29,395 nt of DNA, taken from the NCBI GenBank assembly GCA_002269645.1, contig NIVC01004988.1, positions 1 to 29,395 on the forward strand. The letters run 5' to 3'. The position numbers and the translations under genes are program-made. The notes below the pieces were generated by a model. That model searched no databases and was not told the DNA's origin. It was given only the letters and a program-made list of their open reading frames with translations. Source of the DNA: Macrostomum lignano. Its lineage: Eukaryota. The number at the start of each line of letters is the position of its first letter. Within the stretch, counting starts at the first letter, position 1. Below, in pieces: positions 1 through 11,250 of the stretch.

Positions 1-770
1 TTACATTAACTTAGGCCAGCGAGCACCGAACCTTTTAAAAGCATTGAAAAGACTTTAAAGGACAAATTTAAGCCGTAGGACAGAAGGAAGAAGCGAAGCT
101 AGAGCTGATGAACCGGAAGCAGAAGGAAGACGAATACATTAGAAGAATTTTACGACGCGCTAGTTGAATTAGTTAGAAAGCAGGACTAGAGAGTCAGGCC
201 AGAGAGCGAGTTTCTGAACGATTTGAAGCCGGCATAGCAAATTATAAAGTCAGGCGCGCAGTTATTGCCTATCGCAGAACGCATGAATCGAAGTACCAGA
301 CGCAAGATTTACTGACTGCAGCAAAAACGAAGATCCTCGAGGAGCTCGCCAAGCCGGCAGTCAAAAGAATAGCAGGAGGGCTCAAATACTTTGACAGCTC
401 AAGTAGAAAAAGAGCAGAAAAGCAGCACCCAGCGCGGGGCAAGCCATCAGTCATTTGGACCTCAGTTTGCTTCCACAGCCAGATTATCCTTCGCAGAAGC
501 TATAGGCCACAGGCACCAGTGCAGGCCTCCGAATAGCTTTCGGCCACAGCATCACATGAGCAGTTTTACTTAAGACCCTATAGGCAGTCTTCGCCATTTG
601 TCAAACCCGCCATGACACGAAGGTAGTGATGCCGCCACGCTTTGGTCACGAGGCGACGGAGGGGCCGAATGACAGGTTCAAACCTTCGGGGCGAACGCGC
701 CAAATGTGAAGAAAGGCCTGTTATGAGTGCGGCGAAGAAACTCCCAGCACTGGCTAGAGACTGCCAGTTA
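1..770 (+). pseudogene. Gypsy gag remnant with frameshifts and stops
   Basis: Joining frames gives ELMNRKQKEDE / LEEFYDALVELVRK / AGLESQARERVSERFEAGIANYKVRRAV, a retrotransposon capsid-like pattern. At 719-764, CYECGEETPQHW then ARDC after a 1-nt shift is a zinc-knuckle remnant. Confidence 0.65.
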
Positions 771-984
771 GACGAAATTCTTTAAACTACCGACGGGGCG
801 GCACCAATGGAGGGCCAACCGCCCCCAGCCACTAAACCGATTTGCTCCCAGTAGAAGAGTCGCAGCAGTAGAAGACCAGCGAGTTAGATCAGGCAATGTA
901 GAATATGGCAATTTAGTTTGGTATAATTATTACAGAGGCTACGGATTCCTGTGAGATAGCAATAATAGAGATATTTTCTTTCAT

Positions 985-1830
985 GTGATTAATACTAATA
1001 TAGCAACTGATTACGAAATTATGCACTTTCTGCGCCAGAGGGCGACAGTAAAATTTATCCGCACTAGCGATACTACTCATAGTAGAAAACAGAGAGCAGT
1101 CAATGTTAAAATTTGCTCAAGCGAGGAACGCAAATTAGCAGAAATCGATAAACAGAAGTCAGCGAGCTTAGCTAGACAGTCAGAGCAATTGACAGAAGAA
1201 TTAGAGGAACGAAGCGAAGCTGCGGCAGCTCAGAGAAGTGCATTGAACAGCATAGACTTGCGACTCAGTGAAGTAGAAGGAAAGAAAGCTTCAGCGGACG
1301 AATCTAAAGTAGTAAAAGAATTATCAGATCTAAGAACCGAATTGAAGGACTTGCGCCAATGCTTGGTAGGGAAAGTCCAAGAAGAATCAGCGAAAGAAGA
1401 ACCTGACAAGAGTGCAACGACAACAGAACTTAGAGCTGAACTTAGGGAAATGAAGCAGGAATTAAGAAAGTTAGAGACAGCCATCCAGCGAGATGTGGCA
1501 GCTGAAAAGAAAGCAACAGAGAAGCAAGAAAAGACCGTAGAAGCAGACATATCTAGCCTATTAGTAAACTCAGGATTATTGCTCGATAGCCAGATTAACG
1601 GATTAAGCGAAAAAATATTAGTTGACACCGGCGCCTCGAATTGCCTAATTGATAATAAATTATATCAGCGCCTCTATCCAGCAAATCATAGTTTGAAGCC
1701 ATTCTCAGTAAATATGCGATCCGCAAATGGCCAGACTTCAAATTTATTAGGCCAAGTAGCATTGCGCGTTAGATTCGGGGATTGCGAGATTACGCATCCA
1801 TTCTATGTTGCTGAAGGCTTACTAATGTAG
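985..1830 (+). CDS. Retrotransposon ORF: long coiled-coil segment followed by retropepsin-type aspartic protease
   Basis: Heptad-like E/K/L-rich stretch, then LLLDSQINGLSEKILVDTGASNCLI...MRSANGQ...LLGQVALRVRFG...HPFYV, the typical Gypsy protease pattern. The true start codon is uncertain. Confidence 0.8.
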   Translation: MINTNIATDYEIMHFLRQRATVKFIRTSDTTHSRKQRAVNVKICSSEERKLAEIDKQKSASLARQSEQLTEELEERSEAAAAQRSALNSIDLRLSEVEGKKASADESKVVKELSDLRTELKDLRQCLVGKVQEESAKEEPDKSATTTELRAELREMKQELRKLETAIQRDVAAEKKATEKQEKTVEADISSLLVNSGLLLDSQINGLSEKILVDTGASNCLIDNKLYQRLYPANHSLKPFSVNMRSANGQTSNLLGQVALRVRFGDCEITHPFYVAEGLLM

Positions 1831-3119
1831 TAGGGGATTATCTTAGGAACGAGAATTATTGTGGGTTGAAATATGCTTTTTGCCTACTATCAGTAGTTTC
1901 AACCCGGGAAATAATTAGGGCAGGGGTAAATCGCTAGTTTTGGGGTTTCTCTAGAACTACAGAGCAGTTGGGCTCTTGGAAAAGCACGCTGGCTTCGCCG
2001 ATGCCCGAGTTGTTCGACACGATGGCGACGGCCGTGTCGGTGGCCATTGCTACCGCCAGCGTATGCCAGACACGAGCATCGACGACATCCGCACGGCCTG
2101 TCAGGCGGAAGGGCTCGCCTTGAAGGGACGCAACGGCACTGGGTCCGCGTCAACGTCGATCGGGGGCGTTTTGCCCGCTGGTCGCTGCGAGTCGTTGTTC
2201 GGCGCCGGTTACCGCCGCCAGCTAGAAGAGGACGGCTCAGTAACGGTTCGCAGCGTGGCGCGCTTTCGAGTCGACACCCACGCGGCTGCTGACAGGTTTG
2301 AGTGCTTGTATATGCGCACCCCACCACGTGCTAAGCGGGACCCGTAGCTGGCGAGCGACTGTTGTTGGTAGTTGGCTAGGCTTTAGTCATCATTGGTTGT
2401 ACGGTTCCGCGAGGTCGTCTTGTCAAGTTATCGCTCGGGCAGCGGGTGAAGTAGAGTAGTTGGATGCGAATCGGGGCGCCGCCTGAGCCTCGTTGGGCGC
2501 TTAAATAATTGTCCTGGGCACGACAGAAAACTGCAGCCATTGGGCGATAGTCTTCGCGAGCTGAGTGTTAGTCCGCCACGGGAGCGTGGGTGGAACTTAA
2601 TTATCGTCGAGGCACCTAATTAGAGATAAGCGTCGTGGTACATTGCGATAAGAATTCCGCTGTGGAGACAGTGAGGGTCGAAGCGCCCACCCTACCTTTT
2701 TAGGAGGGGGGAGGTGCAAGTAGTTAAATTAGCGAGTAATAAAGTTTTGCCAGCCAATAAGGTTCATCTTAGCACGCCGATAAAATGAGTAGTTAGATAT
2801 TTTTTGTAAAACGTTGCGTTCCGTCGCGATTTGTTTCGATTTATTTATTGATTTGCTTGTGTTGTGTTTTGTCGTGCCGCGTATTGCATAGTAACTTTGC
2901 TTATGTATTTGATTGCGTTTTGCCGTGTCATAGAATTGTATTGTGTTCATTGCATTAGTCCCCTGATTGCTATAGTTATTCTCGTTGTAACATTGCTTGT
3001 TTTGCGAATTTTGGTTCCCGTAAACGCGAATTTCGTTATATAGTACTCATTTGCTTACTGGAAGTAGTATGTTACGCGTATTTCGAATTTTTCAAGTTTT
3101 TCTTCTTGTACTCTACTTC

Positions 3120-3135
3120 TTTTAGGAGGGGGGAG
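3120..3135 (+). other. Polypurine tract (PPT) before the 3' LTR; identical 16-mer also at 2698-2713
   Basis: TTTTAGGAGGGGGGAG immediately followed by TGTAGTGTG. Confidence 0.7.
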
Positions 3136-4008
3136 TGTAGTGTGAGCATCTTTTGCGATAGCCTTGTATTCTATTAGTTAGGTTTTGCATTATTGTTATT
3201 GAATTATTGTATTTTGCTTTAGTTTAGTCATGCGTTTTTGATGTACTTTTTCTTGTTAGTTAAAATCTAAAATTGTAAACAGGTTAGAGTTAGACGCCAA
3301 TTCTGTGACTCAGCGGAGGGTTGAGTTTTTCTGCGAACCCCAGCTTTGCGCGGCCAGCCAATCAGAACCGGCCTGGACCCTGGCACGCGGCAAGTTCCAG
3401 TTCTACCCGGCGCCGCGGGCACAGTGCAAGTCGGCTTAGCGGGCGGCCGGCCAGACGACCACCACCCGGCTTGAGGGGGGTTGTGAGGGTTTGACTCTGA
3501 CAATATATGAAAGTGTGTTTGGCAATCGGATCTCGCCTTCTTTCCCCGGTTCTTGGTTTTGTCCAGCTTTCCGGCCGCTTGCCCTTGTTTTGGTTCGCGC
3601 TTTGAGGCGCTTGAGTTCATCACCCCGGTCCATATTTTTGTCCCCCGCCCAACCGCTCCAGCCTTGTAGCGTAACGTCTACGGCAAATTTCTGTCTGAAG
3701 TCGTCGCTATCAAGCGCGGTTAGATAGAGACTGTCGGATCTGATCAAGTACGCGGCCTCGACCCCGAGGGCCTCAGTGTCACACTGAAGGGCAGAGCTGA
3801 TAGAACTTAGTCAGTGCTCCTTTGAACGGTCGATTCGGCAGGGCTCTCGTTTGAGTGTAGGTTCTGGTTTAGGCCAGGGGTTAGGAGTCTTCTCCGTTGT
3901 CCTGTTCGGTTTCTCTTTTTTTTCTTCTTCAAGCTGGGATCCGCTTGCCAGTGCGTAATTAAATCATTATTACTAATCGTTTGTCTCGTTATACCTTCGG
4001 GCACTAGA
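3136..4008 (+). repeat. Putative 3' LTR
   Basis: Starts TGTAGTG after the PPT. Ends CACTAGA, one mismatch from the expected CACTACA inverted terminus. Contains CCAAT (3358-3362) and ATTAAA (3958-3963). No second LTR is in the window, so the 3' boundary is inferred. Confidence 0.55.
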
Positions 4009-4218
4009 TTATAAGCAAGCTCAATAAGGAAGGAGCAAAATTATTCCTGCAAATCCATTAAAAAAGCACATGTTCTTAAGAACCAATTCCTTCTTCAGTT
4101 TTATAAATCACCTTATTCGAGTAAAATTGTCATAGACGGACACAGATGTTGGCTATGAATCTCTTTTTGCAAAAAGTAACAAAAAGATAGAAGAAAATAA
4201 AGCCAAAAAACCGTCACT

Positions 4219-4943
4219 AAAGATAGCAGGCATTCCCTCTGAATACTTCGAGGTAGAAGGCATCCCTCAGATAGCAGGCGTTCCCCCTGAATAGAAAGCA
4301 TCCCCCAGATAGCAAGCAAACCCAGATAGCAAGCAACCCCAGATAGCAAGCATCCCCCAGATAGCAAGCAACCCCAGATAGCAAGCATCCCCAGATAGCA
4401 AGCAACCCCAGATAGCAAGCATCCCCCAGATAGCAAGCAACCCCAGATAGCAAGCATCCCCCAGATAGCAAGCAACCCCAGATAGCAAGCATCCCCCAGA
4501 TAGCAAGCAACCCCAGATAGCAAGCAACCCCAGATAGCAAGCATCCCCCAGATAGCAAGCAACCCCAGATAGCAAGCATCCCCCAGATAGCAAGCAACCC
4601 CCAGGTAGCAAGCATCCCGCAGATAGCAAGCAACCCCAGATAGCAAGCAACCCCAGGTAGCAAGCATCCCCCAGATAGCAAGCAACCCCAGATAGCAAGC
4701 ATCCCCCAGATAGCAAGCAACCCCAGATAGCAAGCATCCCCCAGATAGCAAGCAACCCCCAGATAGCAAGCAACCCCAGATAGCAAGCATCCCCCAGATA
4801 GCAAGCAACCCCAGATAGCAAGCATCCCCCAGATAGCAAGCAACCCCCAGGTAGCAAGCATCCCGCAGATAGCAAGCAACCCCAGATAGCAAGCAACCCC
4901 AGGTAGCAAGCATCCCCCAGATAGCAAGCAACCCCAGATAGCA
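4219..4943. repeat. Minisatellite, 17-18 bp unit CCCC(C)AGATAGCAAGCA(A/T)
   Basis: Direct tandem repetition with degenerate units at the left edge. The ATCCCGCAG variant recurs 246 bp apart (4615, 4861). Confidence 0.97.
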
Positions 4944-5236
4944 GAAGTTTGTATTGTATATAAAATGCTAAATACGTGTCGTTTAAGTTACTCGTATACA
5001 CGAAAGAAATACCAACAACTACGATTGTACATCCGCATGCAACATGGTTATGAATGATGTTTCTCACAAAAATCTGCGCCATTACATAGTTAAATAGTCT
5101 CTGACTACATGTATAGACAAAAAAATTACTAAATAGATAAACTAAGGTTGGATAAAACTTCACGCAAATATCTTGCAGAATTCAGCCGCTAGAGCCAGAT
5201 AAATTCAACACCTCTGCCCACTTTCCGGCGGAGCTC

Positions 5237-6337
5237 ATGAAACTGAATCGCGAGCACTTTTGTGCTATAATTTTTTATGACTATCGCAGCGGCCTTGGTT
5301 GCCACCAATGCCACGAAAGGCTGTCAGTAGTGGCTTTCGCAGAAGCTGCTCCATCGCGTGCAACGGTCAGCAACTGGTTCCGCGAGTTTCGTTGTGGCCG
5401 AGACTCGTTGGAAAATGAGGAGCGTACAGGCCGACCTTCAACTGCCACGACACCAGAAACAGTGGCTCGTGTCCGCCAGCTGGTTGAAGCTGTCAGGCGG
5501 ATAAACTACAAGGAGATCGAGGCATCCATTCGCCGGCAATCGCTAAAATCCTTCACGACCACATCGGCTTGCGCAAGCTGACCAGTCGCTGGGTGCCCCA
5601 CCTGGCGCAGCCTAAGCAGAAACAGGCCAGGGTCGATTGGTGCCGCCAGATGCTACAAAAGTACAGCGATGCAGCGTCGAAAGCGGTCACTGACATCGTG
5701 ACATGCGACGAGACTTAAGTATACTGCTACGAGCCAAAGTGCAAGTGCCAGTCGTAGGTGCGGGCGTTTCCAGACGAGGTGCCGCTAACGAAGTCGTGCA
5801 AGGCAGGAGCACCGGCAAGCAGATGGTCGCAACTTCACGCGGCGACTGTGCGGCTGCTGGACCAGCGCACGGTGACTGCGGCCTGGTATACCGGTGTCTG
5901 GTCGCCGCAGGTTATCCACAGCCTGAGCAGGACGCGACCAAAGACCGATGTCCGAGGCCTCAGGACAAAGCGAGCGCTCACACGGCTCAGGCAACAAGGC
6001 CGTTCCTGCAGTCTCAGAGACTGCAGCTGACCAGTCACCCGCCATACTCGCCTAATCTGCATGGCACCTTGTGACTTTTTCATAATTCCCTAAAGTCAAG
6101 GACTCCCTGCGTGGCCGCGGCGATGTTCGACTGCAGAGGAGGCTGTTGATGCATTCGACGAGATGGTGAAGGGATGTCGACTTCCGAGTGGCACCACTAG
6201 CTGCTTCGTCACCTGGTTTCAGAGGATGAGGCGCTGCATCCAGGCTGGTGGAGAATACTTTGAGAAGCTGTGAAAATTTCAGCTTCATAGCTGCTTCTGT
6301 TTAGATGTAGCTAAGAACTTTTGCAGTGCCCCTCGTA
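5237..6337 (+). mobile_element. Mariner (DD34D) transposon relic; transposase pseudogene 5237-6273; only the 3' end with TA is recognisable
   Basis: N-terminal HTH MKLNREHFCAIIFYDYRSGL...PSRATVSNWFREF, then WVPHL, IVTCDET*, QDKASAH, HPPYSPNL, PCDF and EYFEKL* spread over several frames with stops. 3' terminus ...AACTTTTGCAGTGCCCCTCG-TA. No matching 5' TIR found upstream. Confidence 0.92.
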
Positions 6338-7537
6338 CAGTGGTCCTTGAAATAAAGCTGCATGGTCTCAAAAATACATGTTTTCGTTTCAGTGCAGCTA
6401 ACCGAGGGTACAAACAGAATTAATTGCACGAGCACGAAAAAGCATCGAGTTGTGGCCGATTAGACGGTGACAATGTGATTTAACTACTTTTTTCGTCAAA
6501 AAATAAAAATATGCCAGTCATACGGCTGAAATTCATATTTCATATAGTTATATTAAATTGGTTAGTTGCGCACATTAGAAAAAGCTAGACTTAGCTAAGG
6601 TGTGCTCAGTTAAAGTGGAACTTCTCGCTCTATGCTGTTTTAGAAAAGCAGAATTTATATTGTCACATGACTGCTTTTTGTACTGAAAATAACAAGTTGC
6701 ATGATGTAAGTGCGCATTAAGGACATTAATTATCGCTCTCGAGTGACTGGAATCTAACTACTTGTAGCTCCCCACTTCTGTCTTTTTTAAAGTCTGCCGC
6801 CTCTTTACTTATGGAATGTACAGTACAAACGAAATCATGTAAGGAAACGAAACCATCAGTTATATGATGTACATGTAAAAATGCACAATGGTTGCTTCGT
6901 AAATTTTCATTTGCATTGCATTTTGGTTTTCATTTGCATTAGCTTTGCGATTCTTAAGTGATTTTGAGTTTAAAATCGAAGTTTCACGTGCACAACTCGA
7001 TAATCCTTACAAAAAAGGATTTGTGAAATATCCAAATACAGAATATATTCGTTAATTACTTTTCTCATTTAAAACAAAAATCTATTACATTTTTATGCTT
7101 TAAATATATGGTTGTTATCTAGTGTTTCAAAATTAAAACGAATAAAAATTAATTTTTTACTTGTTTAATACATTATTTTTTTACTTATTTCTAATTTGGT
7201 TTTAATAACTATTATTAACTCATAAACATATACGGAAGATCTCTTTCATAGAAATCTAAAAGAAATCGTAGTGAAAACCGAAGGATAAACCGATAAAGCA
7301 GTTAAAGGCTCACAAATTGGACTACAGTTAAAACTACTTGTAGGCGCTACTGTTGTCAAGTTTCGTGACCTTAATTACATAGTAAAATTGTATGGTATAA
7401 ATTCAAGCCATAATCTTCGTTGTTCCAAATCCAATCCAACTATTTGAAGTGCTGTTTTTTTAACTGAAACATTTGAGTTAATAAATTCGTTTGACATACC
7501 TTACAAAAATATAATATTCATATATTATGCTATTGCA

Positions 7538-7757
7538 ATGCAAAGGAGTACTAGTGTTCCAACTCAAGGATTAAATGGCATTCACAGTGGAGCTGCAGAA
7601 AATAATGCTTCAAATTTAAAAAATGTTGAGGAAGAACCAACAGATGCTTTAAAACTACCCTTAAGTATTGTTGATAAGATTGTACCATGTAGCCATGCCA
7701 ATTGTGATCATACATGCAGCAATTGTGTTAACAGTCTAGGGTTAATAGAACAAACAG
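7538..7757 (+). CDS. Candidate first coding exon of PHACTR (unconfirmed)
   Basis: ATG at 7538, open for 73 codons to a G|GTAAAT donor in phase 1, matching the phase-1 acceptor at 11251. No recognisable homology, and codon usage is more AT-rich than in the downstream exons. Confidence 0.3.
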
Positions 7758-8358
7758 GTAAATATAATTGCATTTATAAGCTCTATTTCTTTTTTATACT
7801 AATATTTATACCCATAGCCATAGGTCCCTAGGCCTAGTCATATAAATTGGCTATTTTAAAAAAATTCATGACTTTGTGATTAAAATTAAAAGTTAGGGGC
7901 CTATATAAGTTAAAAACTTATTGCCATGCTCAGAAAGTTGGCTTTTTCATTGAAAATTCAAAGCAAATTTAGCCTAGGGCAGAGCAAAGTGAGGGAAGTA
8001 AGGGTAAGGCAAGGGTAGCTCAAGGGTTCCATTCTAGCTAAAATTGTCAGATTTGAGATTGTCATATGGTTTACAAGAAAAACAATTAAATTACCTAAAT
8101 TGCCATTGTCCCAGTATTGGACAATGCTACATTTACTAAATTGTTATATTGTATTATATTGGCTATATAGGCCTAAGGATCTCAACTCAGTCATAGTAGC
8201 AACATGTTTTTGTTTACCATTACCATCAAAACAATTTGCAACTTTAGGCCTAATTTAAATTTATACTATCTGCATAGAGAATATGAAGCCTGTTCTTTGT
8301 AAAATTAATAGTTTATTAACTGAATAATCAAGGTTAACTTACATACAACTAGGAACCT

Positions 8359-9742
8359 CAGAATACACCAGAATGCTCAATCAGCTTCCAAATCAAAAGC
8401 CAAAATAAACAAAAAACCATAGACACTACTCCTGAGGTGAAGAAAAGATAAGTAGTACTGAACTTTGATAAGTAGTAACTATTTTATACGTCCATTTGAG
8501 GGTAAACATTTTTATGGACAGAAGGTCACGATTGTATATTTGCAGCTGTAGCGACATGAAAATGTAGATATTAACTATGAACATTCAACGCAAGCTAAAA
8601 CAGTTTAAAAACAGCAGTATGAGCAGCAGTTTAAGCCTCAAACAATAGGCAACCTATACTTGAGCAGATAACAGGCATTGCAGCTTTTGTTGTTCTGCTA
8701 AAGCTATACTCATACTGTGAGCTCTGCGCTTCCTGGCAGCTCAAAGTCAGCAAACTTCTTAGATGAGAGAGATGAAAGCCATTCATTTGTCTACTCATTG
8801 TTGTGTAGATGTAGCTCAGTTGCACCAGCTGCTTGTGCTGCAGGCTGGACTTGGGCACTGATATTGATTCCCTTCCATATTCTAATCGAGTCCTGCACAT
8901 TGCAAATCTGGTAAAAAAACTATCTCCATCTTTTACACTGCTTTCAAGACCGCTTCACTTGGTACATACAGACCGCCATCTACAGATTGTCATTGACTAA
9001 ACGGCAGTAGCAGCATTTGCCTCAATTATTGGGCAAATTCCAGGCTAGTGCATGCAAGTTCCAATTTTTCGTCTAATCGTCATTCTTGATGGAAGCCGTA
9101 AGCCAATGCTACGCAAGTATTGGTGGCATCTGGGGCTGTAGTTGTGTGCTTAGCTCTTGGCAAAAGTCTTGGGCAACTGTATATTTCATCAGTGAAGTGG
9201 AGGCTGCACACAACGGCACATGCCCACTTGTGCTCGTTGGCTTTGCCAAGCAGGTTGGCTCTGTAGAGTTGGCATGCCCATTCTTTGCATCTGTATGAAA
9301 CAGTTATTATGGCATACCTGTCAAAAGGGACTACAATAAATACTCGTAAGATATCATAATACTGATATCATGTACCTTTCAGGACTCTTGATTGGAAACT
9401 TATGAAAACAAACCTCAGGTTGGCTCTATAGAGTCGGCGCGCCCATTCTTTGCATCTTGGACCATCAATTTATTTGAAGTGGCCAAAAAGGGTATAAATC
9501 TAAGGAATGCAGGTAACTAAGCTGAGTTATTATACACTAGGCATCAAATAGATAGGATAGATAGATGGAAAGACAAGCGAAAAACATCGTCTATGGCAAA
9601 ATCAATCTCAACACTCGGGTTGATGAAAAAAAGCCAGCACTACTCACAAATCACTTCACCTTAGAAGTAGCATAGCTAGTGAATAGTTTTTGCCTCAAAA
9701 ATTTTTCACAAGGAGCTTGATTGAGCATTCTGGTGTATTCTG
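8359..9742 (-). mobile_element. Internally deleted THAP-domain DNA transposon relic (P-element-like) between 25-bp inverted repeats
   Basis: CAGAATACACCAGAATGCTCAATCA at 8359-8383 has a perfect reverse complement at 9718-9742. Minus strand 9292-9150 reads RCKEWACQLYRANLLGKANEHKWACAVVCSLHFTDEIY (THAP-like). Minus strand ~9020-8915 reads GKCCYCR / DGGLYVPSEAVLKAV*KMEIVF, resembling P-transposase C-terminal motifs. No TSD seen. Confidence 0.6.
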
Positions 9743-10781
9743 TATCAGAAATTTTATTTTGGATAATATTCCTTTGCAATAATATGAATTACTTGTATGT
9801 ATGTAAATTTATTTTAAGGTTCTGAAAAATACACTATTTTATTGAATTGGATTCCATTTCTAAGAATTTGACTTATTTTTTTGTGTTGAGGTTACCATTA
9901 TTAGTTTTTATTATTTTCTTAATTGACTGATATATTTTTTCCTAATCTAATTCCCTGCCTTGCCCTGTAGTCAAGACTCAAGGTTGTCATATTTAAATGT
10001 TAGTCTTATGGATTTGGTCAAGTTGTCATTATCATATGACAATTTTGAATATGACAATATATATGGCTAGCCAATATTTGGTAGTAGGAAGCTAGCTAAC
10101 CAAAATATGCTAGTAGCTAGGAATTTGCTAGCCAAACTTGCTGCCTTGCTCTTTTTATTTATTGTATGTTTTGATTCTAATTTGAGCCACCTTGATTCAT
10201 ACAAGTAAATAGCTCATACTGCTACTGCTAGCTATTTAGACTAAGAGTTATATATAAGTATGTTAAAACTTAACTACCTAAACTACCTGTTTTGAAAAAA
10301 AATTTTGATTGTTTTGTTGGGCCTGCTTATAATTTTAGTCTGATCAGCCTTTTCCTAAATACTTCAAAAAAGAAAATAGGTTTATCTTGACCAAAGCAGC
10401 CACATTTTAACGTGTTTTTAACAAACACATTTTGTATATGAAGTGCATTCAAATTCTTGTAATTTAGAATTGTATTATATTAAGTTTGGCTAACCAAATT
10501 GCTGCTCACTGGTTTTGATTAGATTCCTGCTAGCAGATTTCAGCTAACAAAATCCTTGCTAGCAAGCTTCAGCTAGTAGATTTCCTGCTAGCAAACTGTA
10601 TAGACATGTTGATTTTAATAGTCTATATTATTACTAATTAATATTATGATTTTTTATTATACTGTAAGTCTAAGTCTAACTAAAATAGAACTCAATTCAA
10701 GGCCAAGGGATGTAGATAATTTTGATAATAATTGATTTCAATAACACATTGTTTTGACAATTTTTTACTACAATAACTGAG

Positions 10782-10930
10782 AAACAAACTAAGTAAGTCA
10801 TTTAAAAAGTTACTTTGAATTGTTTGTTTTTTAATATATATATTTTTCACAGGGAAAAATATATATATAAATATATATTAAAAAACAAACAATTCAAAGT
10901 AACTTTTTAAATGACTTACTTAGTTTGTTT
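10782..10930. repeat. Perfect 60-bp inverted repeat (149-bp near-palindrome)
   Basis: 10782-10841 is the exact reverse complement of 10871-10930. The 29-nt spacer is itself partly self-complementary. Confidence 0.95.
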
Positions 10931-11250
10931 ATATATATATAGATAAAAATGGGCCATATTTTTGGCCTAAAACTATTCAAGGTCTATTTTCTAATACTTG
11001 GTTATAATTACTTGATATAACTTCCTTCTCCCTTCCTTCTCTTTTTCCATCTCTGTAAGCCACAGGAATTGAAAATATTAATTACTAAAATTTGTATAAA
11101 TCAGTCTAGCTTATTTTGATTCTAGAATAGAGTTTTTGGCTATAATAAAATTATTGTTATTAAAGTCAATAAACAAGGTTACGAATTTATACCAATATGA
11201 CCAATGCATCATTCTGTGCAGCAATATTAAACAATATTATAATCAACCAG

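Larger units (their letters stand above)
1..4008 (+). mobile_element. Decayed, probably non-autonomous Ty3/Gypsy LTR retrotransposon (gag remnant + protease, no RT/RNase H/integrase seen, PPT, 3' LTR); 5' end lies outside the window
   Basis: Frameshifted gag-like text, CCHC remnant at 719-764, retropepsin motif ILVDTGAS, polypurine tract 3120-3135 followed directly by TG at 3136. Confidence 0.75.

Noticed and set aside
4113-5163. Three long minus-strand ORFs (272, 236, 298 aa; GCLLSG/LLAIWG repeats)
   Set aside because: Translations of a 17-18-bp minisatellite whose minus strand lacks stops. The non-triplet unit cycles through frames, and there is no coding context.
6336-6362. TA-CAGTGG as the start of a Tc1-like TIR next to the mariner end
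   Set aside because: No reverse-complement partner found in the window.
10065-10600. Clusters of GCTAGC/AGCT-rich short repeats
   Set aside because: Only 2-3 degenerate ~29-bp units, with no structure beyond ordinary decayed tandem repeat.
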